Notes: generated by a model from the sequence alone, not told the origin. Positions 49,907 through 62,086 are shown, numbered from the whole stretch's first letter. The stretch: DNA of 63,467 nt, filler included, from Diploschistes diacapsis (GCA_023645945.1; 33 parts of 33 records of this genome joined end to end with filler, not necessarily neighbours in it); one strand, 5' to 3'. Program-made: numbers and translations.

Positions 49907-50129
49907 GATTAAATATCGTAAATTTATCCTAGGTTAATTAAAGGGTTGTTTATTTAAAAAAGGGTAATAATAGAATATTTATTTATTCCGCGAGTATTCG
50001 TGAAAGATATCACGAGGTAAGAATTTATCNNNNNNNNNNNNNNNNNNNNNNNNNNNNNNNNNNNNNNNNNNNNTTAATTAATTAANNNNNNNNNNNNNNN
50101 NNNNNNNNNNNNNNNNNNNNNNNNNNNNN

Positions 50130-50187
50130 AAATAGTGATTTGAGGTGGCCGGATTCTGGGGGTGGCCGGACTCACCGTCAAACATGT
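50130..50187. mobile_element. Fot1/pogo family G TIR
   Basis: GGTGGCCGGACTCACCGTCAAACATGT followed by TA. Confidence 0.8.
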
Positions 50188-50269
50188 TATATATCATATA
50201 ATATATTTATATTATAATCTTTTTTAAAAGATATATAGTATAATTTATTATTAAACTTATCTATTATAA

Positions 50270-50566
50270 TGAGACAGATCAGCCCAGGCGTGCCAAGCCA
50301 CCGAGGTCACGTGACGGCAGGGTCACATGACGGGTACCAACCGTGCCAAGGATGTTAGGGGGTGGCTGTGTAGGCGGGTAGAACCCGAACCCCGTAGGGC
50401 TGGCACCCATACACTATTTATTCCTACTACCCTCCTATTTAAATAGTTTTTTCTTTAACTTTTCGAATCGAGACCTTTTATCTATAAATGTCCAGCTACA
50501 CGTAATCTTATCGGATCAGGCCCAGCCCCCGATAATATAATATCCCATTCCTGCGCTAGCGTTTCA
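50270..50566 (+). mobile_element. LTR family B, full LTR (297 bp)
   Basis: Termini TGAGAC...GTTTCA; the relative at 56032-56351 follows a chromodomain and a purine tract. Confidence 0.85.
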
Positions 50567-50663
50567 TATTCGAAAAGCTCACTTTATTTTCGTATTCGTA
50601 ACGAGAGTTTAAAACGTCAACCGAATTAAGTATTTAAATAAATCCACGATAACCGGAATTCGA

Positions 50664-51117
50664 TGTTATGATCTCTATCTCTACAAGGTAGACACGAGGT
50701 ATTGATCAAGGTGGGTTTGGTCTCGTTTAGAAGAGGAGTGCAAGCAGGAAAAGAAATAGAGTAGTTATAGGTCTTAGACTGTCTCTGGAAAGAAGGTTTT
50801 TTAATGATAGAGGTAACGAATATAGATTGATCCCGAGTAATCGCTAAAGATATTTTTAAAAATAAACATATTAAGATTTATAAAAGCCATAACGACGTTC
50901 TCATATAATCAATTACTCCCTAACGGAATAGATTAATAAATAAATAAAACTACCGTTCTCTTATTTTATTTATAAAAAGTAAAATAACTTCCAAGGCTTT
51001 CTACTTATCACGTGACCAGTATCACCATGATTAGACTATATACAAGGAGTGGTTGGGTTAGGCCCGATCAGCTGTGAAGTGCCAAGTGGCTATCACCTAG
51101 TCACTTGGATCGTAACA
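50664..51117 (-). mobile_element. Family A full LTR (454 bp)
   Basis: TGTTATGATC...GATCGTAACA. Confidence 0.88.
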
Positions 51118-51688
51118 TTGCCGTAATAATCTACTTATTCTTAAAAGAAGTTTCAGGTAATATACCGATTAAATCGATTTCTTAGCGTTTAAAAGGTTAT
51201 ATATTAGAATACAAAAGAACGTAATTTTATTTAACGTTTTAATTAGATCTTAACCGAGCTGAAACTTGATAATTAAAATATAATCGAACGAAATTTTTGA
51301 TAGACTTTATTATATTCGACTATCATCTTTTTAAACGATAGATTCCTAAAAAATCTCAATATCTTAAATACTGTNNNNNNNNNNNNNNNNNNNNNNNNNN
51401 NNNNNNNNNNNNNNNNNNTTAATTAATTAANNNNNNNNNNNNNNNNNNNNNNNNNNNNNNNNNNNNNNNNNNNNAAATTAAATATAATAATCGGATATAT
51501 CAATATCGACAAATAAGATAAGATTTAAATACCCGATATTTAAAAAATCATTAAAATTAATTTAATTAAATTTAAAAAAGATAAGACGCTTATTCTTTAA
51601 AAATTGAAACTACCTGAAAGCTATAGAAAGGACGATAACGTAATATTTATCCGAAAGCCACCGGGACGTCCAGTCAATGATCTAATAC

Positions 51689-52258
51689 TGTAAGGCCTGC
51701 GGGTTTACACATCTGCCACCTGCTGCCACAGCCACGCACCTACATATAGTGTAATAGGGAAACAGTGCTTCGGGGTTCCTAAAAGCATTATGATTAATCT
51801 TTTGGCTTAATGAGATAGCGTTATTTATTAGACATTTCTCCCCGTTGTTATAGTTATGTTTTTAATTTTTAAATCGTTGATTCGAGTATAACTTTATTAT
51901 TTATTGGTCGAATTAATTGCGCACTATTATTACCTATAAATATGGATCTATTCGGGAGCGTAATAAACATACCTAAAGGCCTTTAAGTTATTATAAATAG
52001 TTACGATAAACGGCTTAAGGTATCTAACATACCCGGGGCGTTATATGAGACGTGACAGGTGCTAGGGGCCAGCACTATAGGAAAAAAAGATAGTTATAAG
52101 GCTTACGGGGTTACACATCTGTCACCTGCTACCACAGCCACGCACCTACATATAGTGTAATAGGGAAACAGTGCTTCGGGGTTCCTGAAAGCATTATGGT
52201 TAATCTTTTGGCTCAGTGGGATAGCGCTACCTATTAGGCACTTCCCTCCGCTGTTACA
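51689..52258 (+). mobile_element. Miniature LTR retroelement (TRIM-like), family E, 570 bp
   Basis: Two 164-bp direct LTRs (51689-51852, 52095-52258), a 242-bp non-coding interior, purine tract AGGAAAAAAAGATAG before the 3' LTR and 5-bp TSD AATAC on both sides. Confidence 0.88.
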
Positions 52259-53563
52259 AATACTTAATATTAAAGGTGTTAACGACGGGTTAATTACTCA
52301 CGTCAACGATAAATCAATTATTTACGTTAACGACGGGTCAATTACTTACTTCAACGACGGGTCAATTACGCACGCCAAAAACGTATTAAAAAACGCATCA
52401 ACGACAAAAGCAAAGGTTTAACTAAATCATACTAAATCTTCATTATTTGTTCTTATTGAGGATCATAGCACCCTAAGGGCCCCTGCTCCTATTCCATGTG
52501 ATTAACTCGAGCCAGATGATGGTAACCGACGGTTAATAAAGAAATTCTTATAAATTAAAGTTTTAAGAAAAAGAACTGAATCTAAACTTGAATCTAAACT
52601 TATTAAACCGAATATATTAAAGTCTATTACGTCAACAATAGGCGTTATATACGTTATTAATAATCCGATTACGCATATAACACCCGTTAACACTACGTCA
52701 ATAACGTCTAATATATAAGNNNNNNNNNNNNNNNNNNNNNNNNNNNNNNNNNNNNNNNNNNNNTTAATTAATTAANNNNNNNNNNNNNNNNNNNNNNNNN
52801 NNNNNNNNNNNNNNNNNNNCACCTCACCCCTCCCGCACCCATGCTCCTCCTCCATGACAGTCGTGAGCAGCGCTAAGCTCGCTCAACAATGAGGGGCCGG
52901 GGCAAAGCTTTTGATCCCGGTACCCATCCTTACTTTTTTAAAATCCCTGGAATGCCTTTAGACTTTTCGGCCCACAAACACCGGAGGGGGTTTCAAACCA
53001 TCTCGGCCTTTCTCAGGATTTCATCTTCTGGTGGCGACTCCGTCGTTGTCGTTCGTACCAGCCTCATGCAACGATCCCCCTCAACCTTGGCCCAAAAGTA
53101 TACAACAACTTGAAAACCCTTTGGCGCTATTGAAGTATTGGCGATGAGACGGCCGCCGGCGGTGCGCGTCGCGCTGGCAGGGACTTTACAGCTGAAGGGG
53201 GAGGGGGAAGGGAAAGAGGGCTGGCTTCGACCATATGCACGCTGCCCATTTTGCGTGCCAGACTTTAAAGCCCCCCCCCCCGGCGCGATATCATCAGTGG
53301 CATATACTGGAAAGCTTGGCCTCTCACAAACCCAAAAAAAAAGGGGGGCGGGGGGAGAATAGCAATGCAGCGATTGACGAGGAAAGTTGGTCTGGAAAAA
53401 CTTGTGAAAGTAAGATTCGGGAAGCCGCTTCGAAGCAAGTGTTTTTTGGGGCAGCAAAAGCTCGAATTGCTGCGGGAGCACGGCTGAATCAAAATCAAAC
53501 CAAATCGCGCGGATTGGGAACAAATACTTAACGAATTGACTTTGACCCCCATCCGGAGATTCG

Positions 53564-53564
<1 letters not shown>

Positions 53565-53600
<36 letters not shown>
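53565..53600 (+). repeat. (CAG)12 microsatellite
   Basis: Twelve perfect CAG units. Confidence 0.97.
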
Positions 53601-53602
<2 letters not shown>

Positions 53603-54464
53603 TTGATGTGATAGAAGCTTGAGGGCCAAGTAAACTGGTCTGCGCGCGAGTGCTAATATTTTCAAAACAGCGACTGGAAGTTGTAAGCCTCGAGTTTGAA
53701 ACGGTGATTTAATCTTAAAAATTTGTTGCTTGATCAAGTCCGAATTGCTTATGGATTTGTATTTGATTTTATTTTCTGTATGGGGTTTGAGGGGGGGGTA
53801 TCAAATAGACTAAGGAATAAGCCAAGCGGAAGGGAGACCCCAAAATCCAGCTAGATAACCATATGGAGGATGAAAGGGGAAAGAACCACAGACACCGCCC
53901 CAAGCCCCTGATCCAAATTCCCATTGAAACACCAAGCGATCGTAAACAAGACGATATCCCAAAGCACCACCACCACTAAGAATGTGCCATCCGCCTCTGT
54001 ACTCCGTAACCCGAAGCGTCATATTGCCGTACCCACTCAAACCTCTCCCCCTAAACCTCCCCCNNNNNNNNNNNNNNNNNNNNNNNNNNNNNNNNNNNNN
54101 NNNNNNNTTAATTAATTAANNNNNNNNNNNNNNNNNNNNNNNNNNNNNNNNNNNNNNNNNNNNATCTAAAAGAATATTAACGGATGGTATAAATATTATA
54201 AAAGATAAAGATGTTTTTAGAAAGGTATTTATAATTAATAAAGATACGGTAGAAATTAGGAATATTTTTAAATAATTATCGCCCTTCTGTCCTATCGTGA
54301 TTCGAAAGAATGGGATATAAGAGAATAAATTTAAGAATATTATTGCGTCCAAAAGTATAATTACGTCGAGAAGGGAATATTAAGAATAATAAGCTTTTAA
54401 ATATTTCGGTTGTTTAAAAAGTATAAAATTATATTAAGATATAAATAACCGGATGGAGGTTTTT

Positions 54465-54760
54465 TACTAATAAGACTTATATAAAGTTCGTTATAGGGCA
54501 ACGAACTATCGAAGGGGGGGTCGTATATAAATATAAAAGTAGGCCGCAGACTTGATGGGGGTGGTCTTTATAGGGCAGCTCCATTTAAGGAGGCCTGCTA
54601 GGTAGCTCTAGACAATAAATGCATCCTATACCTCACAAATGTCCTACCTGGGTATGTTGTTGACTACGAGATCACACTACATTCACCTACTACACCACCT
54701 ACGACTACCTACCTACTACAGCAAGGGAAGTCTCCCTAGACAGCGCGCCTTGTGTTTATA
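54465..54760. mobile_element. LTR family F copy
   Basis: Matches 5477-5772. Confidence 0.8.
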
Positions 54761-55407
54761 ATAATACATCCGGTGTCCAGATAAAAGCGATATACTTCAT
54801 TACTAATTCTTAACTTTATAAATACGGTCGTATATTTATAGCTCTTAAATCCGAAATTTAGACTCAAATTAAGCTTTATATCCGACTTAATAATTATATC
54901 GATATAATAATAATTCTATTAGGATCGACGAGATAGTAATCGATATAAATCTTGCAAACGTGTTAATAGTCGTCGGCGAAGCGCCGTCAATATTCGTAAA
55001 AGTCGCAAAATTAAGAACAACGAGATCCTTTATATCTAAAATCTTTAGCGAGGTATTCTTCTTAATAACACGTTTTAAATACTTTAGTTTTATTTTCTCA
55101 TCCTAACATTTATTCATTATAAAATATGCATATAACTTAATCTTAAAAGGCCAAATCTTGTTGTAACTCTTATACGTGACTTTTATCTTTAACTTTAAAT
55201 CCGATTAATTAACGTCTACGTTATAAAAATCCTAATTATCTTTAAGCGACGTAACGGATTCGCCAGCATCAAGAAACTGCTACTTTAATGCTTCTTCGTT
55301 GGCGAGCTCTTAATAATAGGTATCCCTTTCTTAATTACTTTAAAAGTAATCTCCTAATTAATCTTTTAAAGATGTCTCGGTTTTATCATTTTTATCTATC
55401 CCAATAT
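54761..55407 (-). mobile_element. Gypsy gag-protease remnant interrupted by LTR F
   Basis: Long degenerate frame ending VYRFYLDTGC. Confidence 0.55.
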
Positions 55408-55507
55408 NNNNNNNNNNNNNNNNNNNNNNNNNNNNNNNNNNNNNNNNNNNNTTAATTAATTAANNNNNNNNNNNNNNNNNNNNNNNNNNNNNNNNNNNNN
55501 NNNNNNN

Positions 55508-56351
55508 ACGTATTTTAGATCATTTCCGGTAAAGACGGAGGGCGAAGAAGAATAAGAGATCGAAGAGATCCTCGACGCCAGAAAAGGCCCCGGACGAGGA
55601 ATAAACGTCTAATATAAAATACGTTAGGTAGGATTTTACCGACGATAACTAATATCCCGCCGCTAACTTCGAAAATATTTTCGAGATCTTACGGGAGTTT
55701 TATCAACTAAATCCCGAAAAAATAAGACCCCCGTAATTAATAATACCCGAGAACAGGCAGCCAACGTCAATAAAAATTATAAACGGGAACGAATCTTTAA
55801 AATAAAACGATATTAATTATCACGACGATTATACTTTCTTATAAAATCTAGAAACGTATTTAATTAAAAACGACGCTAAAAGAGGTTTAAAGAAACGGAA
55901 ACATCTATTACGAAAAAACAACGGGTATCCTTTTAAATAAATTAGAAAAAAGAATAAAAATCGAGATAAAGATTGATTAAAAAAAAAGCATCGCGCTTAT
56001 AAGAAACATAAGCATCTAGAAAGAAGAATAATAAAACAGCCCAGCCCAGAAATCTACCAAGCCACGGTAGGATTAATGTCCAGAAACTTGCCAAGACACG
56101 GCAGGATCAATGCCCAGATATTTACTAAAACACGGCAGGGTTAAGAAATAGCTGTATAAATGGGTAATCCCCGAACCCCGGTAGGTCTGGCACCCATACT
56201 ACTTAACGGTACCTTCCTCCCACCTAGATAGTTTCTTCTTCAGCTTTTCGAATCGAGATCTTTTACCTACAGATGCCCAAGCTACACCTAATCCTTCCGG
56301 ATCAGGCCCAGCCCCCGATAGAGTAGCATCCTTTCCTGCGCTGGCGTTTCA
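55508..56351 (+). mobile_element. Chromovirus 3' end: chromodomain, purine tract and family B-related 3' LTR (56032-56351)
   Basis: EGEEE*EIEEILDAR...*YKIR*VGF...YPAANFEN...LREFYQLNPEK. Confidence 0.85.
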
Positions 56352-56751
56352 TATAATAAGTATATTATAATAATTAATCTTAAAACATCGATTTCGATTC
56401 GTATTAATTTATTTAAATCATAAAATCCTAAAATAGACGCGTTAATTATTAAATCTTTAAATTTTCGAAAGACCTATTCTTGATCTTATATCTATTTATA
56501 AGATAAATCTTTTTTAATAAGTTTTATTAATAATTCTATTATTTTTAAATAATTTCTAATAGATAATCGATTATAATTAACGAATCTTAAAAAAGATTAA
56601 ACGTCTTTTACGTTCTTTAAAATTAGATATTTAAAAATCGATTATACTTTCTTTAAATCGATCTTAACGTTTTCTCGTCCTATAACGTGTCCTAAGAAGT
56701 CAATTTCTATTTTATAAATACGTATTTCTTTAATTTTAAACGAAGTTCGTA
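56352..56751 (-). mobile_element. Gypsy RT (thumb region) remnant
   Basis: EIDFLGHVIG...KNVKDV*SFLRFVNYNR. Confidence 0.8.
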
Positions 56752-56851
56752 NNNNNNNNNNNNNNNNNNNNNNNNNNNNNNNNNNNNNNNNNNNNTTAAT
56801 TAATTAANNNNNNNNNNNNNNNNNNNNNNNNNNNNNNNNNNNNNNNNNNNN

Positions 56852-57180
56852 TTTAAAACAATAGCTAATCGTCGACAGCAGAACTATCGCGATAGCGTTA
56901 TTATTAATAAAAAGCTATCCGAATAGATCTATCCCGACAAACATTTATTATTAAACATCTATCAATCACGTAACCCGTGCCATTCCGGCTAAACTATATA
57001 TAAGAAAGCTGGGACGTGCTAAATCTAATATTTAGATCGTAATATTATCCCTTTCCTTCAGTATTATCAGCTCGATGATTCGCCGAAAAGTCTGACATAA
57101 GTATTAAATAAAAGAGAATCCCAAGTCGTAAAACAACAATATCTTCTTTAACTTCTTATAATCACAGATTTACTGATCGA
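56852..57180 (-). mobile_element. Family A 3' LTR start with polypurine tract and internal flank
   Basis: GATCGTAATA ends at 57044 and is followed by TTATCCCTTTCCTTC. Confidence 0.75.
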
Positions 57181-58095
57181 TGTTACGATCCAAGGTACTA
57201 GTTGGTAGTACTTGGCACGCAACAGCTAGTCGGGCACTTCCCAATCATTCCTTATATATAGTCCAATTAAGGTAACACGGGTCACGTGATGAATAAAAGG
57301 TCTAAAAGACCATTCTACCCAATTATAGGTAGAAAGAAAGAACGGTAGTTTTATCTATTTATTTATTTACTTTATTAAAAGAACCGTTAACTATATAAAA
57401 ACGTCGTTATAATCTTTATAAATCTAGAACGTGTTCATTTTCATAAATATTTTAAATTATTACTCGGGATTAATCTATATTCGTTATTTTTATTATCTTA
57501 GAGCCTTCTTTTTAAAAATAGTCTAAAACTTATAACTATTTTATCTTTTTTTCCTGCCACATTTCTTTTTTAATAGAAATTAAACCCACCTTAATCCTAC
57601 TCGTGTATATCTTGTATAAATAGAAATCATAATACTTAAACATCTTCAAAAATAAGTATTATTAATAATATAACTGGGCGATCGTTACCGATGACTAGAT
57701 CCGTACCTCGCGTATTTAGGGCAACAACGCCATTAAATGAAACCGATATTCCGATAACGGATATTACGGAAGCTAAAAGCGACGATCCCGGAAGTAACGA
57801 TAAACCTAACGAAAATAAATCGTATAAAGAACTTATTATAAAAATTATAAAACCAATAACGTTTTACGAAAACCGAAAGAAATTAAAATATTAAATATTT
57901 TAATTTTCAATATATTACTATTAAAACGCGTACATTATAAACGATTAAAAAAAACGAATAATCTTCGCCGTAGAATTTATACGTGACCGCGTATTAATAT
58001 AAATAAAACCTTATCTCGACGTATATTTAAAAAATTAAAAAAATAATTACGGAATATTTAAAAACTTTATAAAATTTAAAAAATAAGTCCGACTA
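57181..58095 (+). mobile_element. Family A 5' LTR (57181-57634) followed by Gypsy gag
   Basis: gag-like KIIKPITFYENRKKLKY*...KRIIFAVEFIRDRVLI*IKPYLD from ATG 57691. Confidence 0.8.
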
Positions 58096-58195
58096 NNNNN
58101 NNNNNNNNNNNNNNNNNNNNNNNNNNNNNNNNNNNNNNNTTAATTAATTAANNNNNNNNNNNNNNNNNNNNNNNNNNNNNNNNNNNNNNNNNNNN

Positions 58196-59162
58196 GCGAT
58201 ATTACGATTATATAAAGGATATAAGATACTCGTGGTTCTGAATAGGAAGCTTTCGCTATAGTTTATAGATTTTTTTAAAATTTTTAAACGAGTAGGTAAG
58301 CTCGCTTATAGACTGGAACTTCTTTAATATTATAAAATACACGATATTATTAATATAACATATCTGGAACCTATTTTAGATCCCGTCGGCGATTTTTACC
58401 ACCGCCGATCCTTACCCTTATTATTTGTGACAGTCGACTTGGAGGAAGAATATTATAAAGTGGACAAGCTACTGGTTAAAAGGAAATTTAAGAAGGGCAG
58501 AGAATGGAGAATAGAGTATTTAATATATTAAACGGGATACGATGTTAGCGAAGATATGTAGATATCGTCGAAAGAATTATTACGGTATATTAAGGATCTC
58601 GTCGCCGATTACGAAAAGAATTATAACGAACTTATAGAGGTTGGATAAGACTAGGAGTAAGATGTAGGTAAAGATGGCGACGATTATAAAGGTTTTGATC
58701 TCTTGAAAGAGTTAAAGTTGTTTTATTATTTAAGGGTTTTTGGTAAGCCTTTTTGGGAGGTTTTTTTTCCAAGACAAATGGGTATAAGAGAAGATGCTTT
58801 GGGATCGTTATTAATAAGGATATAAGATGGATACATGCTTATGGGGGTATAAGCTTTTGCTGAAAGGGGGAGATTGTGGTAGTTGTTGGGCTTGCTTGTA
58901 GGTTGCTGCTGGGGTAGGTGTTGCCGATTTCGCTGTTTAGGCATCATCTATGACGATGGCGCTTGGCATCTACTGTATATAAGTAGATTTTGCTCCAGAT
59001 TAGCTACCAATCTACACACTTCTCACACTTGATTTTATAGATGATTTGCTTAGCAGGTTTAACTGAATTGAACCTCGGAGTTCAGCCGAATTGAATTTCT
59101 TTCTAGAATTCAATCGAATTTCCAGCCATACCTTCTATTTATCTATTCAACAATCTTCCATA
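58196..59162 (+). mobile_element. Chromovirus 3' end: GPY/F domain, chromodomain, PPT and 3' LTR (58875-59162)
   Basis: RVGKLAYRLEL...IHDIINITYLEP...YKVDKLL.KR...EYLIY*TGYDVSEDM*; PPT GAAAGGGGGAGAT followed by TGTGG...CCATA. Confidence 0.85.
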
Positions 59163-59438
59163 AGCGGAATCGTCCGGTATATTTATATAATCTAATTAAA
59201 TATCTTTTAAATTAAGTCGAGTCCTTTAATAAAGGCGTCGTGCTTTAAGTAATTTAATAGCTTCGTAAACCTATTAATAATGATTTTATCGGTAGAAATA
59301 TAAGATATTTTAATGCGTCCTTACTTAATAAGATTTCGTACGTAATAATAAATAATATCGACGTGTTTTGAACGGTCGTTATTTCTTACGTGTTTTATTA
59401 GATTTAAAGAACTAATATTATTACCGAGTAAATTAATA
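59163..59438 (-). mobile_element. Copia RNase H C-terminal remnant
   Basis: DRSKHVDIIYYYVRNLI..GRIKISYISTDKIIINRFTKLL. Confidence 0.85.
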
Positions 59439-59560
59439 NNNNNNNNNNNNNNNNNNNNNNNNNNNNNNNNNNNNNNNNNNNNTTAATTAATTAANNNNNN
59501 NNNNNNNNNNNNNNNNNNNNNNNNNNNNNNNNNNNNNNGCGTAATAAAGTAAGTATTAAT

Positions 59561-59828
59561 CCGGATTTATAAGCTATTTAATAACGTAATAGATATATTG
59601 AAGTTTAAAATTTTTAATTATAAAATTATCCTATTACGTAGACTTTATATCTTACGGGATATACTAAGCTGCGCCTCGTTATTACCCCTAATTGGGTCTA
59701 GTTCTAATTCCAACATCAACACTAATAGGTAGGAAGTTCAGCTGAACTGAACTTCCTAGTTCAGATGAACTGAACCTGGTGGAGTTGGGTCTAGCCTATA
59801 GCCATGCCTTCTGCCTGTCTGCTCAACA
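59561..59828 (-). mobile_element. Copia LTR family C plus RIP-altered PBS
   Basis: Inverted relative of 388-615. Confidence 0.8.
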
Positions 59829-60781
59829 ATAAAGATTTAACTAAATTATACTAAACCTTCATTATCTGTTCTTATTAAGGATTATAACATCCTAAAAGTC
59901 CCTACTTTTACTCCATATGATTAACCCGAATTAAATGATGGTAACCGACGATTAATAAAAAGATTCTTACGGGTTAAGATTTTAAGAAAAAGAATTAAAT
60001 CTGAACCTAAATTTAAATTTATTAAATCGAATATATTAAAGCTTATTAAGTTAATAACGGGCGTTATATACGTTATTAATTATTCGATTACGTATATAGT
60101 ACCGATTAATGCCACGTTAATAACGTTCAATATATAAGATTTATAAATAATAGACGATATAAACGACGCTTTAATAATTATAAATATTTAAAATATTAAA
60201 AAGTTATATAACACGAATTCCGTTATTAATAAACGACAGCGGGATATTAAACATTTTTTATCAATTAAAGCATTAAGAAGTCATATAACGCTTATAACAA
60301 ATAAATAGGAAATAATAAGCGACGTTGGTTCAAGATCGACGCGTGTTAGTATCTTAATTTAAGATTCGTCCGATCTAATGCTTATTTATGCGTCTTTATT
60401 TTGCGAGATCGAAAGTTCTTGGTTGGCCTTTACGTGGACGATATTATTATACCAGTACCGGACCTATATGATGTATACTGATTTAAGAAAGCACTGGCTG
60501 AACTTTATAAGGTCAAAAATCTAGAAAAAATAAAAAAGCTTTTAGACATAAGAGTTCAGCGATAGCGCAATTCAGGTTCAGGTTTAGCAAGTTTAGCTAA
60601 ATTGACCCTAAATTAAGAAATATACGTCGAGAAGATGCTCAAACGTTTCAAAATAATAACGGACATATACAAAAATCAAAAGATACCGTTTAATAAATAT
60701 GACGGCATTAAATCAGATAAGAAATCCTTTAAAATAATCAATAAAACATAGTATTAAGAAATTATTAATAATATTATATAT
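59829..60781 (+). mobile_element. Copia pol/RT remnant, internally deleted
   Basis: LVGLYVDDIII...KKALAELYKVKNL; homologous to 40870-41300. Confidence 0.85.
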
Positions 60782-60883
60782 NNNNNNNNNNNNNNNNNNN
60801 NNNNNNNNNNNNNNNNNNNNNNNNNTTAATTAATTAANNNNNNNNNNNNNNNNNNNNNNNNNNNNNNNNNNNNNNNNNNNNCC

Positions 60884-61411
60884 CCTCCACCCTCTACCGC
60901 ACCCGCTGTATCTGGCGAACCCGCCAATTCTCCCACCGGCCCCGGCGCAGCCACTGCATCCACCACGACGCCAGGGCCCGAAGCCCGCACGTCCGCGGGA
61001 GCCGTCGCAGTGCGCTCGATCGAGGGCTGGATCGTGATGGTGACACACGTCCACGAGGAGGCCAGCGAGCAGGATCTGCAGGAGCTGTTTGGAGACTATG
61101 GGGAAATCAAGAATTTGCATATGAATTTGGATCGGAGGACGGGGTACGTTAAGGTATGTTTGAGCACCCTGGGCTGTAATTGGCTAATGCATGAACAGGG
61201 TTATGCGCTCGTGGAGTTCTCGACGCTGAAAGAGGCACGAGCAGCGATTGAGGGGACAAATGGGACGAAGATGTTGGATCAGACGTTGACGGTCGATTTC
61301 GCGTTTGTAAGGCCGGCACCGAATAAAGGAGAGGGGGGCAAGGGTGGGAGAGGGGGGAGGAAGGGTGGCAGAGGAAGGAGTCGCAGTCCGGGAGCGAAGG
61401 ATGATGATTAG
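60884..61411 (+). CDS. RBM8A: RNA-binding protein 8A / Y14, exon junction complex core (5' truncated)
   Basis: [17 protein letters not shown]...[29 protein letters not shown]; intron 61154-61198; RS-like tail GRSRSP. Confidence 0.95.
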   Translation, partial: PPPSTAPAVSGEPANSPTGPGAATASTTTPGPEARTSAGAVAVRSIEGWIVMVTHVHEEASEQDLQELFGDYGEIKNLHMNLDRRTGYVKVCLSTLGCNWLMHEQGYALVEFSTLKEARAAIEGTNGTKMLDQTLTVDFAFVRPAPNKGEGGKGGRGGRKGGRGRSRSPGAKDDD

Positions 61412-62086
61412 GGTGTGAAGGGGGCTAGGCAGCGCTGTCTTTGGCGCTCTCGTAAGTTTGATATCTCGAAAGGATTCGTCGGCGGAGTATTGATCTACAA
61501 GAGCAAGAGAGTACCGGATAAGGAAGTTTTTGTGTGAGTTGCGAGGATTTCGCAATGGAATGAGTACACAGTGCCGTCCAGCTATGGCGCCGGCACAGCA
61601 TGGCCGAAGGCCAGGAAGCATGCATGTCGGCACTTAGAAGACTAGTCGAACTAGGTACGAGTCTCCCTTTCTAGTGTGATCCTGCTAATCTTTCATTAGA
61701 TGCTATTATGACTTAGGTACCGATGACCAAACACCACGTCCTTGCCTCCTGCATCGCCTTGTGTTTCTCGTGCTTTTATGGGCCAAGCATGAATGGACAA
61801 TGAAAACAGCAGTGCCCACTCCAACGCCTGTCCCTTCTTTGTCCCGGTATCCCTTCTCCTTCTCGAACAAAGAACCTCCCACGAGTCCCAACTCCACATT
61901 GTGTCTCCCATCCGCATCCAAACCCCTCCCCTCCACCGCTATATAACACCCCGAAACCCTACTCTCCCGCCAAGAACCCTCAAAACCACTCAAAAAAATT
62001 ATCTACCTATACCAGCCGCCAGCGAGCCAGCCAGCCAGGCCCAAACCCAAACCCAGCCCAAAGCCCAAAAAAAATTTGTCAAAAAA

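Noticed and set aside
50664..51117. Family A and B LTRs as clean solo LTRs with TSDs
   Set aside because: The flanking 5-mers do not match for the copies checked (1681, 7109, 50270, 50664).
53528..53737. Poly-cysteine ORF
   Set aside because: It is a translation of the (CAG)12 microsatellite; no convincing gene model could be built on this contig.
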